Assembly (NCBI GenBank): GCA_949295285.1
Contig: CASFKI010000054.1
Location: 2,383 to 66,382 of the forward strand
Direction: 5' to 3'
DNA length: 64,000 nt
DNA from: an uncultured bacterium
GTDB taxonomy: Bacteria > Bacillota_I > Bacilli_A > RF39 > UBA660
Of this stretch, positions 20,337 through 31,491 are shown one piece after another. The notes beneath the pieces were generated by a model. It made no database searches and had not been told where the DNA came from. It worked only from the letters and a program-made list of their open reading frames with translations. Position numbers and translations under genes: made by a program. Within the stretch, counting starts at the first letter, position 1; each line of letters opens with the position of its first letter.

Positions 20337-20668
20337 TATTTCACCTTCTCCATAATTATTGCACTATCCTGTTCATAATATCTTTCTCTTAAACTAATTT
20401 CTTTAAATCCAAGCTTAGTATATAATCTTATAGCTTCAATATTATTTTCATTTACCTCTAGCATTATTTTATTATAATTTTCTTTATTAATAACTTCTTT
20501 CATTAAAGCAGTTGCGATACCTTTTTTTCTTTCATTTTCATCCACAAACAAATTCATAATATCTATAACACCATCAACAAGTCTAATTTCTAAATATCCA
20601 AGTACTAAATCACCATTAAAATAATTATATACACTATCTATATCACTAATTATCTGTTTTTGTATCAT
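20336..20668 (-). CDS. rimI: GNAT N-acetyltransferase, probable ribosomal-protein-alanine acetyltransferase RimI
   Basis: Position between tsaB and tsaD; GNAT motif RKKGIATALMKEV. Confidence 0.65.
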   Translation of the reverse strand: MIQKQIISDIDSVYNYFNGDLVLGYLEIRLVDGVIDIMNLFVDENERKKGIATALMKEVINKENYNKIMLEVNENNIEAIRLYTKLGFKEISLRERYYEQDSAIIMEKVK

Positions 20669-21212
20669 TTTTTTCTACCTCGATTTTCTTAATATAATTT
20701 GCTTTTACATGATGTGGATTTTCGCTATTAAAATTACTACAATAATTTATTATTTTATCAACATCTAAATTATATGATACCTCTTTATATTCTATATTAT
20801 CAATTTCACTATAAAATTCATCAACTAAAGGATTATTATTTTCGTCAAATGCACTTATATAATATCCTTTATTATCTTTAATAACAGCTTTTTTATTTTC
20901 TTTTAAATTACTACTTATTAAATATGCAGTCAAACTTGATATTGTATTAATATCAATTTTTAGTGCATATGCTAAAGTTTTTGCTATCGATAATCCTATT
21001 CTAATTCCCGTAAAACTACCTGGCCCATTAACTACTATAATTTTACATAAATCATGTATATTTAGATTATTTTCTTTAAATATGCTTTCAATCATAGGTA
21101 AAGTATATATTGAATGACTAAATTCACTTTCTTGAGTTTTAACAAATAACTTATCATTATTTTTTAAAGCTATTGTAATTAAATGATCATGTGTATCTAT
21201 AAATAAAATCAT
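20646..21212 (-). CDS. tsaB: tRNA threonylcarbamoyladenosine biosynthesis protein TsaB
   Basis: MILFIDTHDHLITIAL...GPGSFTGIRIGLS; start placed at the internal Met. Confidence 0.8.
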   Translation of the reverse strand: MILFIDTHDHLITIALKNNDKLFVKTQESEFSHSIYTLPMIESIFKENNLNIHDLCKIIVVNGPGSFTGIRIGLSIAKTLAYALKIDINTISSLTAYLISSNLKENKKAVIKDNKGYYISAFDENNNPLVDEFYSEIDNIEYKEVSYNLDVDKIINYCSNFNSENPHHVKANYIKKIEVEKNDTKTDN

Positions 21213-21322
21213 ATTATGCCTCTTTTCTTCATGTGTATTATAACACAATTATACAAATATGTTTAGTTAAAATGCTATATTTTTAATATTTGTCATAAAT
21301 ATAAAAGAATAGATTTTAATAT

Positions 21323-23269
21323 CTATTCTTTGTCAAAATTTTTTTCTTTTTTTCTTTCAGACTTTTCTTTTTTAATTATTTCCTCTTTTAAATCATTTTC
21401 TTCTTTTTTTTCATCATCATTAAACTTATAATCACTATTTTCTTCAACTAATTGTTGTATTTCTTCCTTAGTTAATGTTTCTTTAGTAATTAATGTATCT
21501 GCTAATATTTTAATAAGTTTCTTTTCTTTAGAAACAATTTTTTTAGATTCAGCATAACACTCATCTATTATTTTCATTACTTCTTTATCTATTTGTAATG
21601 CTACTTGATCTGAAAAATTTTTTGTTTGATTATAATCTCTACCTAAAAATACGCTTTCGCTTCTATGCTCAAATTGCATAGGTCCAAGAGAACTCATACC
21701 ATATTCAGTAACCATACTTCTTGCAATTTTTGTAGCTCTCTTTAAATCATCACTTGCACCAGTCGATGTCTCATTCATATAAGTTTCTTCACTGGCACGA
21801 CCTGATAATAATGTAATTATTTGCTCTTCTAATTCTTTCTTAGTATATACTAATGTTCTTTCTTCTTTTGGTAACATTTGTGTATATCCGCCAGCCATAC
21901 CACGAGGAATAATTGTTATTTTATGAACTTCAACGCCATTTGGTAAAACTATTCCAGATACAGCATGACCCGCTTCATGATAAGCGACTATTTTCTTTTC
22001 ATATTCTGTTACTTTTCTACTTGTCTTAGCAGGACCCATTAAAACTCTATCACTTGCTTCGTCAATTTCATCCATTGTAATACTTTCTTTATTACGCCTT
22101 ACTGCTAATAAAGCAGCTTCATTTAATAAATTTTCTAAATCAGCTCCAGAATATCCAGGTGTTCTTTCTGCAATATTTTTTAAATTAACATCTTTTGATA
22201 TAATTTTATTTTTAGCATGAACATTTAATATTTCTTCTCTTTCCTTAACATCTGGTCTGCTTACTGTAACTTGTCTATCAAATCTACCAGGTCTTAATAA
22301 AGCTGGATCTAATACATCTGGTCTATTAGTAGCAGCTATAATAATAATTCCTTCATTTTCACTAAAACCATCCATTTCAGTTAATAACTGGTTTAATGTT
22401 TGCTCTCTTTCATCATGACCACCACCAAGTCCAGTACCTCTTTGACGACCAACAGCATCAATTTCATCAATAAATATTAAACAAGGCGCAGTTTGTTTTG
22501 CTTGTTTAAACATATCTCTTACACGACTAGCACCAACCCCAACAAATAATTCAACAAAATCTGAACCACTTATATAGAAGAATGGAACTTTTGCTTCACC
22601 TGCTATTGCCTTTGCTAGTAATGTTTTACCAGTTCCTGGAGGACCTACCAATAACACACCTTTTGGTATTCTCGCACCCATTTTAGTAAATTTTTTAGGA
22701 TTTTTAAGAAAATCAATAATTTCTTGAACTTCTTCTTTTTCTTCTTTAAGACCAGCTACATCTTTAAATGTTTTTGTTCCGCCTTCCTCAGCTAATTTAG
22801 CTTTACTTCTTCCAAAATCAAATGAACTTTTACCACTATTACCTAGTTTCATAAACATTATATATAGAAGAACTCCAAATAAGATAATAGGAACAATATT
22901 TATTAACACAGTAATCCATGTACTATTTTCTGGATTAGTATTTGTTTCAACAATTAAATCTTTTTTTTCTGCAGTTTCATATAATGAAGATATAACTGTA
23001 TCTGTATATGGAACAGTTACACTAAATGTTTCACCCTTTTTATAGTCTTCTAATTTACCAGTAATAACATATACACCAGAAGCACTCCTTGGGGTAACAG
23101 ATATTTCAGTAACTTTACCATCATTTATTTGCTTAATTAAATCTGTATAGTTAAGATCATTAACTTTATTACCCATAGTATTTAAAAATAGATAAGAACC
23201 AATTACTACTATCATTAATAATACATAAGGCATAAAATTCATGCTATTTTTTGTTTTTTTTATATTCAT
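21323..23269 (-). CDS. ftsH: ATP-dependent zinc metalloprotease FtsH
   Basis: [18 protein letters not shown] Walker A, SRH region, HEAGHA zinc motif, N-terminal TM pair. Confidence 0.95.
   Translation of the reverse strand: MNIKKTKNSMNFMPYVLLMIVVIGSYLFLNTMGNKVNDLNYTDLIKQINDGKVTEISVTPRSASGVYVITGKLEDYKKGETFSVTVPYTDTVISSLYETAEKKDLIVETNTNPENSTWITVLINIVPIILFGVLLYIMFMKLGNSGKSSFDFGRSKAKLAEEGGTKTFKDVAGLKEEKEEVQEIIDFLKNPKKFTKMGARIPKGVLLVGPPGTGKTLLAKAIAGEAKVPFFYISGSDFVELFVGVGASRVRDMFKQAKQTAPCLIFIDEIDAVGRQRGTGLGGGHDEREQTLNQLLTEMDGFSENEGIIIIAATNRPDVLDPALLRPGRFDRQVTVSRPDVKEREEILNVHAKNKIISKDVNLKNIAERTPGYSGADLENLLNEAALLAVRRNKESITMDEIDEASDRVLMGPAKTSRKVTEYEKKIVAYHEAGHAVSGIVLPNGVEVHKITIIPRGMAGGYTQMLPKEERTLVYTKKELEEQIITLLSGRASEETYMNETSTGASDDLKRATKIARSMVTEYGMSSLGPMQFEHRSESVFLGRDYNQTKNFSDQVALQIDKEVMKIIDECYAESKKIVSKEKKLIKILADTLITKETLTKEEIQQLVEENSDYKFNDDEKKEENDLKEEIIKKEKSERKKEKNFDKE
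21325..21356 (-). terminator. Rho-independent terminator after ftsH
   Basis: On the - strand AAGAATAGAT-attaaa-ATCTATTCTT followed by TTATATTT. Confidence 0.55.
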
Positions 23270-23285
23270 TGCTTTTTCCTTTCTT

Positions 23286-24611
23286 TTAATAATATCTTAA
23301 TATAATATCATACTCTTGTGTCGGGTCCTTGTCAAGATTTGATTTTTTTAATCCAGGTAGCCAAACAACTTTATCATCACTGTCTAATACTATTGGCCAA
23401 ATGTCTCTATAAGTTTTTTTTATTTTAGCATCTATAAAAATATCATTTACTTTCTTAGTGCCATTTAAGCCTTTTACTTCCATTTTATCGCCATTTTTTC
23501 TATTTCTAACATATAATGGTAACTTAACTTCTTTTGTGCTTAATCTAGTAGTAAAATTAGTTGTATCATTGCTAGATTTTACGATTTCAATCATTTTTCC
23601 ATTTGGTAAATTAATGGCATCATCTATTTGATATTTATAATTACTAAATTCATTATCAATATAATCAAAATACACTTCATCATAGGATTTTATTACAACA
23701 ACTCCATTTGGTAAATGCACACTACTATTAGCTTTCAATGAATTTATCAAACTAAATATTAAATCTACATGAACATCAGAAATACTCATCAAATCATCCA
23801 AATATATTTTTTCTAATATATTATTTATTATCTTAACTTGAATAACATGATCTAATTCTTTTAATTTTGATATATAAAGTATTCCATTTTGAAAAACTTT
23901 ATTTATAACTTTATTTGTTTCTCTATCTATAAAATTATTATTTTCAATTAAAATTTCACTAAATTTTAAAAACTTTTTATGTACGCTAGCATCCTCGTCT
24001 TTTAAAAAAGGCAACACAATATGTCTATATCTATTTCTTGTATAATGATCTTCATTATTTGAATTGTCTATAGCATATTTAATATTATTATTTTCAGCAA
24101 ATTTTAATATTTCACTTTTTGTTACAGTAATTAAAGGTCTAACTATTTTATATTTGTTATTATTTACTATTCTACTAAAACCACTATAACCTTTTAATGT
24201 AGAACCTCTTACTATTCTCATTAAAATAGTTTCTATTAAATCATCTCCATGGTGAGCCGTCATCAAAAATTTTGCACCATACATATCGATTAATTCTTCA
24301 AAAAAATTATATCTTGCACTCCTAGCTTCGCTATGAAAATTATCATCTCCCCATTTTTCTATTTTAATGTATTCGAAAATAATATTATTTTTTTTACAAT
24401 AATTTTCTAAATCAACTTTTTCTTGCTCACTTTCAGCCCTTTTATTATGATTTACATGAGCACATACTAACTTAAGACCAAGTGTATTTCTAAATTGATT
24501 CATTATATGTAAAAGAACCATAGAGTCAGGCCCCCCAGAAACGCCAACAATTATAGTATCGTTTGGTTTAAGATCTATTTTAGTTCTGATAAAATTATAT
24601 ACTTCTTCCAT
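23286..24611 (-). CDS. tilS: tRNA(Ile)-lysidine synthetase TilS
   Basis: PP-loop SGGPDSMVLL; 441 aa; position upstream of ftsH as in Bacilli. Confidence 0.85.
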   Translation of the reverse strand: MEEVYNFIRTKIDLKPNDTIIVGVSGGPDSMVLLHIMNQFRNTLGLKLVCAHVNHNKRAESEQEKVDLENYCKKNNIIFEYIKIEKWGDDNFHSEARSARYNFFEELIDMYGAKFLMTAHHGDDLIETILMRIVRGSTLKGYSGFSRIVNNNKYKIVRPLITVTKSEILKFAENNNIKYAIDNSNNEDHYTRNRYRHIVLPFLKDEDASVHKKFLKFSEILIENNNFIDRETNKVINKVFQNGILYISKLKELDHVIQVKIINNILEKIYLDDLMSISDVHVDLIFSLINSLKANSSVHLPNGVVVIKSYDEVYFDYIDNEFSNYKYQIDDAINLPNGKMIEIVKSSNDTTNFTTRLSTKEVKLPLYVRNRKNGDKMEVKGLNGTKKVNDIFIDAKIKKTYRDIWPIVLDSDDKVVWLPGLKKSNLDKDPTQEYDIILRYY

Positions 24612-24625
24612 ATCAAGCCTTTCAT

Positions 24626-24916
24626 TTAATCTTCTATTTTTAATATTATTTCATCTTTCTTTGAATATAAATATTTTTCTCTTGCATATTTTGCCATATA
24701 TTTTGGATCTTCTAACTTATTTATCTCATCATTCAAAATTTCTTCTTCACTAAGTTTATCGTTATATAAAACTTCCATATTAGTAATTTCTTGTTTCGTT
24801 TTAACAATCTGAGTTATGTATGAAAAAAATTGTGAAACAAAAAATACACTTGATATTATAAGACCAAGAAGTAAAAATGTCACTCTAAATTTTGTTTTTT
24901 GTCCAACTTTTTTCAT
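24626..24916 (-). CDS. septum formation initiator family protein (DivIC/FtsB-like)
   Basis: 96 aa, N-terminal TM then coiled coil; position after yabQ as in B. subtilis (yabP-yabQ-divIC). Confidence 0.55.
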   Translation of the reverse strand: MKKVGQKTKFRVTFLLLGLIISSVFFVSQFFSYITQIVKTKQEITNMEVLYNDKLSEEEILNDEINKLEDPKYMAKYAREKYLYSKKDEIILKIED

Positions 24917-25006
24917 TATAAAATTACCCCTATTTTCCTATAATAATATTATAAACGCTTTATCTATTATTCACAATAAGTTTGACAAAAATTTACACAT
25001 TTTTTG

Positions 25007-25267
25007 TCATCTTTTTATATTTAAATATGTAAATACTAATATTGTTACTAATATAAAATAAATACTTATATAACCATCAGTTATATAATAAAAAATTTTG
25101 TAATATACTAATGTTAAATTAATACAAAATAGAAATGAATTTAATATACTGTAAACAATTTTAGAATTATATAAATATTTATTAAATTTTTTATATAATA
25201 CAAAAATAATAAATCCATATAAAAAGGAAAAAACAAATGATATTATTTGTTCTTTTAGGTTTATCAT
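25007..25267 (-). CDS. yabQ: small membrane protein, YabQ-like (spore cortex biosynthesis protein)
   Basis: 86-aa multi-TM ORF immediately downstream of and overlapping the yabP-like gene. Confidence 0.5.
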   Translation of the reverse strand: MINLKEQIISFVFSFLYGFIIFVLYKKFNKYLYNSKIVYSILNSFLFCINLTLVYYKIFYYITDGYISIYFILVTILVFTYLNIKR

Positions 25268-25548
25268 TTAAATAACCTTGCCATAATATTATCAGCCTTA
25301 AATTTCTTACTATCTTCTAAATAGTTAATCAAAATTATTCTGCCTTTTATTGTTAAATTGCCTTGAAATGTATCCATCTTTATTAGTTCAAGACCTTCTC
25401 CTTTAATAATTAACTGTCCCATTATTGTATCAACAAAAAATTCAGTATCATCAAAATTATTAATTTTTTTAATTCCTGATAAAGATATAGCTTTTCTATC
25501 AGTAATATTAATTATATGATTATAAGAATCATCCGACTTATTTTCCAT
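25264..25548 (-). CDS. yabP: sporulation protein YabP family
   Basis: ITDRKAISLSGIKKINNFDDTEFFVDTIMGQLIIKGEGLELIKMDTFQGNLTIKGRI matches the YabP pattern. Confidence 0.7.
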   Translation of the reverse strand: MENKSDDSYNHIINITDRKAISLSGIKKINNFDDTEFFVDTIMGQLIIKGEGLELIKMDTFQGNLTIKGRIILINYLEDSKKFKADNIMARLFK

Positions 25549-25582
25549 ATTTCCTCCCTAATAAAGAATATGAAATGCAAAT

Positions 25583-25612
25583 TAAAAAAGACTATATATA
25601 TAGTCCTTTGTT
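25583..25612 (-). terminator. Rho-independent terminator after spoVG
   Basis: On the - strand AAGGACTATAT-ATATAGTCTT followed by TTTTAATTT. Confidence 0.55.
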
Positions 25613-25618
25613 TAAAAT

Positions 25619-25900
25619 TTAATTTTCTTCTGGTTCTTTTGTTTCATCTACTTTAGCATATTCATCTAGTATTGCTTTTTCAAACATAGTTCTAATTTCT
25701 TGATTAATTGGATGAGCTATATCTTTATATTCGCCTATAGGAGTCTTACGACTAGGCATAGCAATAAATAAACCATTATCACCTTCAATAATTCTAATAT
25801 CATGAATAGCAATTGCATTATCAACAACTACTGATGCTATTCCTTTCATACGAGAACCTTCTTTTTCAACCTTGCGAATTTTGACTGATGTAATTTCCAT
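25619..25900 (-). CDS. spoVG: septation protein SpoVG
   Basis: [52 protein letters not shown] is highly conserved SpoVG. Confidence 0.92.
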   Translation of the reverse strand: MEITSVKIRKVEKEGSRMKGIASVVVDNAIAIHDIRIIEGDNGLFIAMPSRKTPIGEYKDIAHPINQEIRTMFEKAILDEYAKVDETKEPEEN

Positions 25901-25961
25901 AAGTACCTCCTTAAACTTGTTTATTTAATTATAATACAAATATTTTACAATATCAATATTT

Positions 25962-26213
25962 TTAATCAAATTTACTTAATATGACATTCTTAATAACTAC
26001 ATCGGAATATGAAAAAGATTTAATTCCTTTATTAGTTTTAATTACAAAAACATGTGGGTGAATTTTATCAATATATCCCTCATAATATTCATATTTGTTT
26101 CTTCCTAAATAAACTTTAATATTTAATCTATGATTTTGTAATTCCTTAATTTTATTTTTTATTATTTCAATATTCAATTTATTCTCCTTAATTAAATATA
26201 TAAAAATTATCAT
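25962..26213 (-). CDS. veg: Veg family protein
   Basis: 83 aa; ...NIKVYLGRNKYEYYEGYIDKIHPHVFVIK... pattern; adjacent to spoVG. Confidence 0.7.
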   Translation of the reverse strand: MIIFIYLIKENKLNIEIIKNKIKELQNHRLNIKVYLGRNKYEYYEGYIDKIHPHVFVIKTNKGIKSFSYSDVVIKNVILSKFD

Positions 26214-26254
26214 AAAATATTACTATAAACAAAAATAGAATATATTTCTATATT

Positions 26255-28096
26255 CTATTTATTAAAGAATAAATTAATTACTCTATCAAGCTCATCTGTA
26301 TTAATTGGTTTTGAAATATATTCATCAAATCCCTCATTCAAATACATTTCTCTCATTCCTGCAACTGCATTTGCTGTTAAAGCAATTATTGGAGGTAACT
26401 TATAACCATTTAGTTTTTTTAAAACATGGAATGTTTCAATACCATCCATTTCAGGCATCATATGATCCATAAATATAGCATCGTATTCTATACCCTCTTT
26501 AACTTTATAGATACAATCCTTGCCAGAAGTAACACTTTCAACTTTAAAATTATATCTTTCTAATAATCTTTTAGCAACTTTAATATTTAATTGATTATCA
26601 TCAACTATTAACACAGTATATTTTGAACAATCCAACTTTTCGTTTGTCTTTTTTGTTTCTTTTGCTAATCCAATAGGCTTTGAATCCACAATTTTTTGTG
26701 GTATTTCTACATAAAAAGTACTTCCTACTCTATATTGGCTATCAAACCATATTTTTCCACCTAATAACTCTACATATTCTTTAGTAATCGCTAATCCTAG
26801 ACCACTACCTTCTATTTCACCTTGAGTTGCATTTGATAATCTAGCACCTTTTTGAAATAATAATTTTTGATCCTCTTCTTTTATACCAGTGCCAGTATCA
26901 GCCACTTTAAATAATAATGTCTCCATTCCAGATGCCTTTGTACTAGTTAAAGTAATTGTAATTTTACCAACTTCAGTATATTTTGCTGCATTTGTTACGA
27001 TATTTGTAATTATTTGATAAATTTTAGAATAATCACCACTTAATGTTGATGAAATATTTTGATCTACATTTATGTATAATTTAACTTGCTTTGCGCCTAT
27101 TTTAGACTTAGCAATATTAATTACATCAGTTATTAAATTTAAAATATTATAATTATTTTCTTGAACTATACTTTTGCCAGTTTCAATCTTAGAAATATCT
27201 AATATATTATTTACAATATCTAATAAACTATTGCTAGAAGTATATATTTGAGTTATATCTTCCCTTACCAATTTTTCATTAAATATTGGCATACTGTTTA
27301 ATTCATCACATAAACTCACTATCAAATTCATTGGAACTTTAATTTCAGATGTCATATTTGATAAAAAATCTGTTTTTGTCTGATTAGATTGTTCTATATC
27401 TTTTTGAGAACTTGAAATTTCTTCTAATAGCTCAATATCAGGATTTTCAATAAAAATATATAATAAATTTAGTTGTAATATAGTCGCTGCAGGTAAAAAT
27501 GAAATATTTTCGAAGATTAATTGTAAAATAACGATTGGAATAGGAATTATAGCACATTCAATATAAATTCTTTTTTTATTTCCTTTAAATTCTTTTTTTG
27601 ATTTATAAACTCTTTCAAAAGTAGTAGTTATAGCTATAAATAAACTTGCTATGTAAAAATATATTGTATAGTTTGGAATAAAATTAAGATTATAAACATC
27701 TATTTCATCCATTGGCATAAAACTATAACCCAAAAGTATTATTACAAATATTATTGTTATAAACTTATTAGCTGTAGATGATAAAATAAAATTTTTAAAG
27801 TTATTTTCCTCTTTTTCATTAAATACACAACGCATATAATAATAATAAAACAATAAATATATTAATCCCATACAAAAGTGCAATTTCCATAGAATTTCAA
27901 ATATTAAGCTATATTCAAATTGTTTTAATACTATTACAATAACAATTTCCATTATTGAATATATAAGAGCGATAATTAATAGTGCCTTGTATATTGAGTA
28001 TTTTAATTTTTTAAAACTTTGCTTTTTAAAATATATAAATAACAATAAAATTAAAAAACATAAAACTCCTTCAACTAACATTAATTCATAACTCAT
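26255..28096 (-). CDS. hybrid sensor histidine kinase-like protein (multi-TM sensor, HisKA-like, HATPase_c, REC) lacking the H-box histidine
   Basis: 613 aa; H-box region reads FLSNMTSEIKVPMN (Ser where the paralog has His); N-box NAAKYTEVGKITI, G1 ADTGTGI, G2 GSGLGLAI; REC with FMDHMMPEMDG. Confidence 0.8.
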   Translation of the reverse strand: MSYELMLVEGVLCFLILLLFIYFKKQSFKKLKYSIYKALLIIALIYSIMEIVIVIVLKQFEYSLIFEILWKLHFCMGLIYLLFYYYYMRCVFNEKEENNFKNFILSSTANKFITIIFVIILLGYSFMPMDEIDVYNLNFIPNYTIYFYIASLFIAITTTFERVYKSKKEFKGNKKRIYIECAIIPIPIVILQLIFENISFLPAATILQLNLLYIFIENPDIELLEEISSSQKDIEQSNQTKTDFLSNMTSEIKVPMNLIVSLCDELNSMPIFNEKLVREDITQIYTSSNSLLDIVNNILDISKIETGKSIVQENNYNILNLITDVINIAKSKIGAKQVKLYINVDQNISSTLSGDYSKIYQIITNIVTNAAKYTEVGKITITLTSTKASGMETLLFKVADTGTGIKEEDQKLLFQKGARLSNATQGEIEGSGLGLAITKEYVELLGGKIWFDSQYRVGSTFYVEIPQKIVDSKPIGLAKETKKTNEKLDCSKYTVLIVDDNQLNIKVAKRLLERYNFKVESVTSGKDCIYKVKEGIEYDAIFMDHMMPEMDGIETFHVLKKLNGYKLPPIIALTANAVAGMREMYLNEGFDEYISKPINTDELDRVINLFFNK

Positions 28097-29997
28097 TTTA
28101 CATCACCACCCTTATTTTCATCTGACCCAAATAATCTAATAATTAGTTTATTTAAATCTCTAAAATTAAAAGGTTTTTGAAGATAATCAGTAAATCCTTC
28201 ATTTATAAATCTCTCTCTTATACCATTATATCCATTCGCAGTTAATGCAATTATTGGAGGTAGTTTTTTACCAGTTGCCTCGACAGCTTTTACGGTTTGA
28301 ACACCATCCATTTCAGGCATCATATGATCAATAAATATTATGTCATAATCATTATTTTTTACATATTCGACACAATCTTTTCCGCTAGTTGCAGTTGTAA
28401 CAATAAAATTAAATTGACTCATGTATCTTGCTGCTAATTTTAAATTTATATCACTATCATCAACAATTAAAACTTTCTTACCACTACAATTTAAAATATT
28501 TTTACTACTTGAAATATGCCCAGCATTACTCGCAAAAATATTTCCTATTTCTTCAAAGTTAATTACTTTTTGCTTGATTTTTATAAAATATCTTGTACCA
28601 TGACCTCTTTCGTTTACAAAATCTATGCTACCACCCATCAATCTACATAATTGTTTAGCAATAATTAAACCCAGATTAATGGTTTTAACATTATTCTTTT
28701 GAGAAGCATTTTCTAGTTTAATATAATCAGAAAAGCTCATATCAAAACTTTCTTGAGTCATAGCATGTCCAGTATTTGATATTAAAAAACAAAATTCAAA
28801 ATTTTCTTTATCTACTTGCGTTCCATTAACATTTAATTTAATTTCACCATAATTGGTATAATCGATTGCATTTCTCAATACATATGTTAATATTTTAATT
28901 AATTTATAAGCATCACCATAATATTCTTTTGGAATTTTTTCATTTATTTCAATAGTAAATTTTAATTCTTCTTTATCGATTTTTGCTGGTATAATACTAT
29001 TAATTTCAAATAATAGTGATTCTAAATTATAATTAGCCTCCCTTAAAACATCTTCTCCACTTTCTAATTTGGAAATATCTAAAATATTATTAATTAAGTC
29101 TATTAATGTGTAACTTGCTGAAGTAATACTTTTTAAATCTTTTTTTACATTCTCTTCTGTTAATACTGAATCTTTCAATAATGATTCAGTAAATCCTAAT
29201 ATTGTATTCATTGGTGTTCTTATTTCATGAGACATATTTATTAAAAATTCAGTTTTTGCTTTGTTTGCTATTTCTGCTTCTTTTTTTGATTCTTTATATT
29301 GATCTAATAGTTTAGTGTCTTGACTTTCAATAGTAAAATACAAAATAGTAAGAACATAAGTACAAAATATACAAACATCATTTATTTGATAATTAAAAAT
29401 AATTTGAACTATTGTTGCTGTTATAAATACTATCATTATTACATAAAGAGGAAATAACCAAACATTCTTTATAACTTTTCTATAACTAGAAAAAGCAATT
29501 AATGTCGAATAACCTCCAATCATTGTAATAAAACTTAATATCATAAAAGCATTGCCACCAATAGCATATATCGTGTTACTAGATCCATTATAATATTCTA
29601 TTCCAGGAATAAAAGCCACTATTATAGCAGTTATAAATATAATTACAAAAACTATTTTTACAATCTTTTTACCTTTTTCTTTATTTATATTAGGAGTATT
29701 ATTTAAAAATAACATTAATAAATATATTAAATATTGTACATCCCATAAAGCAAATACAAATAAATATAATCTACATATAATAGTGTTTAAAGTGCTTAAT
29801 TCATTCATTTTTGAAATAGTATAGCAACTTAAAAATTCTAAAATTATTAATATTAAAGTTGTTACAGTCAAAGAAAAAAATACTTTTGTTTCAGAACTAT
29901 TTTTTTTATTTTTTATTATAAACATTACTAATATAGAAATAGTAAAAATTGCTGCACATATTGTAAATCCTACACTAGCAAAATATGAGCTTATCAC
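28093..29997 (-). CDS. hybrid sensor histidine kinase (multi-TM sensor, HisKA, HATPase_c, REC)
   Basis: 634 aa; H-box FLINMSHEIRTPMN, HATPase motifs, C-terminal receiver VLIVDDSDINLK...FIDHMMPEMDG; overlaps the downstream kinase by 4 nt. Confidence 0.85.
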   Translation of the reverse strand: MISSYFASVGFTICAAIFTISILVMFIIKNKKNSSETKVFFSLTVTTLILIILEFLSCYTISKMNELSTLNTIICRLYLFVFALWDVQYLIYLLMLFLNNTPNINKEKGKKIVKIVFVIIFITAIIVAFIPGIEYYNGSSNTIYAIGGNAFMILSFITMIGGYSTLIAFSSYRKVIKNVWLFPLYVIMIVFITATIVQIIFNYQINDVCIFCTYVLTILYFTIESQDTKLLDQYKESKKEAEIANKAKTEFLINMSHEIRTPMNTILGFTESLLKDSVLTEENVKKDLKSITSASYTLIDLINNILDISKLESGEDVLREANYNLESLLFEINSIIPAKIDKEELKFTIEINEKIPKEYYGDAYKLIKILTYVLRNAIDYTNYGEIKLNVNGTQVDKENFEFCFLISNTGHAMTQESFDMSFSDYIKLENASQKNNVKTINLGLIIAKQLCRLMGGSIDFVNERGHGTRYFIKIKQKVINFEEIGNIFASNAGHISSSKNILNCSGKKVLIVDDSDINLKLAARYMSQFNFIVTTATSGKDCVEYVKNNDYDIIFIDHMMPEMDGVQTVKAVEATGKKLPPIIALTANGYNGIRERFINEGFTDYLQKPFNFRDLNKLIIRLFGSDENKGGDVK

Positions 29998-30112
29998 ACA
30001 ACCACATCCTTTTATTTTACAATACTCTTTATATTAGTATACAAAATTTTAAAACAAAATACAATGATGAACTAGTAAAAATTACTATTTAATGTTATAT
30101 GATAAAATTATA

Positions 30113-30901
30113 TTAATTTTTCTTTAACATCTCGTTTGCTAGATGTACAAATTCTTTAACAGATATTTCTTCTGCTCTATTAGACAAGTTTTTTCCTATA
30201 GTATTCAAAATTATTTCTAATTTTTTTAAATCATAATTTTTTAAATTATTTTTTAAATTTTTTCTTTTTTGTGTAAATGAATCTTTAATTAATTTGTATA
30301 AGTAATCTTCATCATTGCAAATATATTTTTTATTTTTTTTCATTTTTAAAACAACACTATCTACTTTAGGAATTGGATTAAAACAATTTTTTGATACTTT
30401 GATGATTTTTTCTATATCAAAATTATACTGTAAATATACAGATAACGAATTATAACTTTTTGAATTTGGACTAGACATAAACCTTTCTCCAACTTCTTTT
30501 TGAACCATTATAATAATTTCATATGGGTCTGACTCATTAATAATTTTATTAATAATAGCTGTTGTAATGTAATATGGTAAATTTCCTATAAAATATAAAT
30601 TTTTATATTTTTCTTTATTTATATATTTTTTCAAATTAATTTTTAAAAAATCAACAAATTCAATTTTTAATTTATCTGATTTTATTTTATTTAATGTTTC
30701 TTCTAATCTTTTATCAATTTCAAAACATAAAACATCACAATTTTTTTTTATTAATTTTTTAGTTAAAGCACCCTCTCCTGGACCTATTTCTATTATCAAA
30801 TCATTTACAGTTGGATTAATATTATCAATTATTTTATTAATAATATTATTGTCTATTAAAAAATTTTGCCCTAAAGATTTTTTATGAATAAATTTTCTCA
30901 T
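30113..30901 (-). CDS. rsmA: 16S rRNA (adenine1518-N6/adenine1519-N6)-dimethyltransferase RsmA/KsgA
   Basis: LGQNFLIDNNIINKI and SAM-binding IEIGPGEGALT. Confidence 0.9.
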   Translation of the reverse strand: MRKFIHKKSLGQNFLIDNNIINKIIDNINPTVNDLIIEIGPGEGALTKKLIKKNCDVLCFEIDKRLEETLNKIKSDKLKIEFVDFLKINLKKYINKEKYKNLYFIGNLPYYITTAIINKIINESDPYEIIIMVQKEVGERFMSSPNSKSYNSLSVYLQYNFDIEKIIKVSKNCFNPIPKVDSVVLKMKKNKKYICNDEDYLYKLIKDSFTQKRKNLKNNLKNYDLKKLEIILNTIGKNLSNRAEEISVKEFVHLANEMLKKN

Positions 30902-31455
30902 CTATTCCATCCTTCTCTTAAAACACTAAACTCTTGATTTCTAACTCTGCCTATATTTTTAATCGCATAATCTTGTGAATCAGTTAACAAATCAATATCA
31001 TTACCGCCTACACCTCTATCCAAAACAATAGCAATAATAGGGTCAGATGATAATTTATCAACATTAAATTGTAAAATAGTTCCACATGGATAATTTTTAC
31101 TACTCGCTACTATTCTGATTCTACCATACATACTATCATTAAAATATATACCTTCTTTTAATACATTTGTTCTTGGTGGGCAAGCTAAATATCCAGAACA
31201 TAATGGACAATCGCCAACATAACCTGTTAATTCTCCTGTGAATGTATATAAAGGATTATATAATCCTTCTTTAAATAATTCTAATTGTGTTTCTTCTATT
31301 ATTTCTTTATCTATATAATTCAGATAGTTAGAATTAAATGCTACTGATAAACTAGTTGTATTTACAGATGATGCAGTAAATGTTAAAAATATAACTACTA
31401 CTATAACAACTGTCTTAATAGATGAAAATATTTTAAACTTTATATACTCTTTCAT
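30898..31455 (-). CDS. 3D-domain protein (YabE/resuscitation-promoting-factor-like), membrane-anchored
   Basis: C-terminal IVLDRGVGGNDIDLLT matches the 3D-domain motif D.GGAI.GN.IDL; position between tatD and ksgA as for B. subtilis yabE. Confidence 0.65.
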   Translation of the reverse strand: MKEYIKFKIFSSIKTVVIVVVIFLTFTASSVNTTSLSVAFNSNYLNYIDKEIIEETQLELFKEGLYNPLYTFTGELTGYVGDCPLCSGYLACPPRTNVLKEGIYFNDSMYGRIRIVASSKNYPCGTILQFNVDKLSSDPIIAIVLDRGVGGNDIDLLTDSQDYAIKNIGRVRNQEFSVLREGWNR

Positions 31456-31491
31456 ACTTAAACTCCTAGTTAAATTATATAATAAGTACTA

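Noticed and set aside
20336-21248. Missing tsaE upstream of tsaB-rimI-tsaD
   Set aside because: ftsH lies immediately upstream. The absence of tsaE at this position is a synteny difference, not an anomaly that can be assessed from this window; it may be elsewhere.
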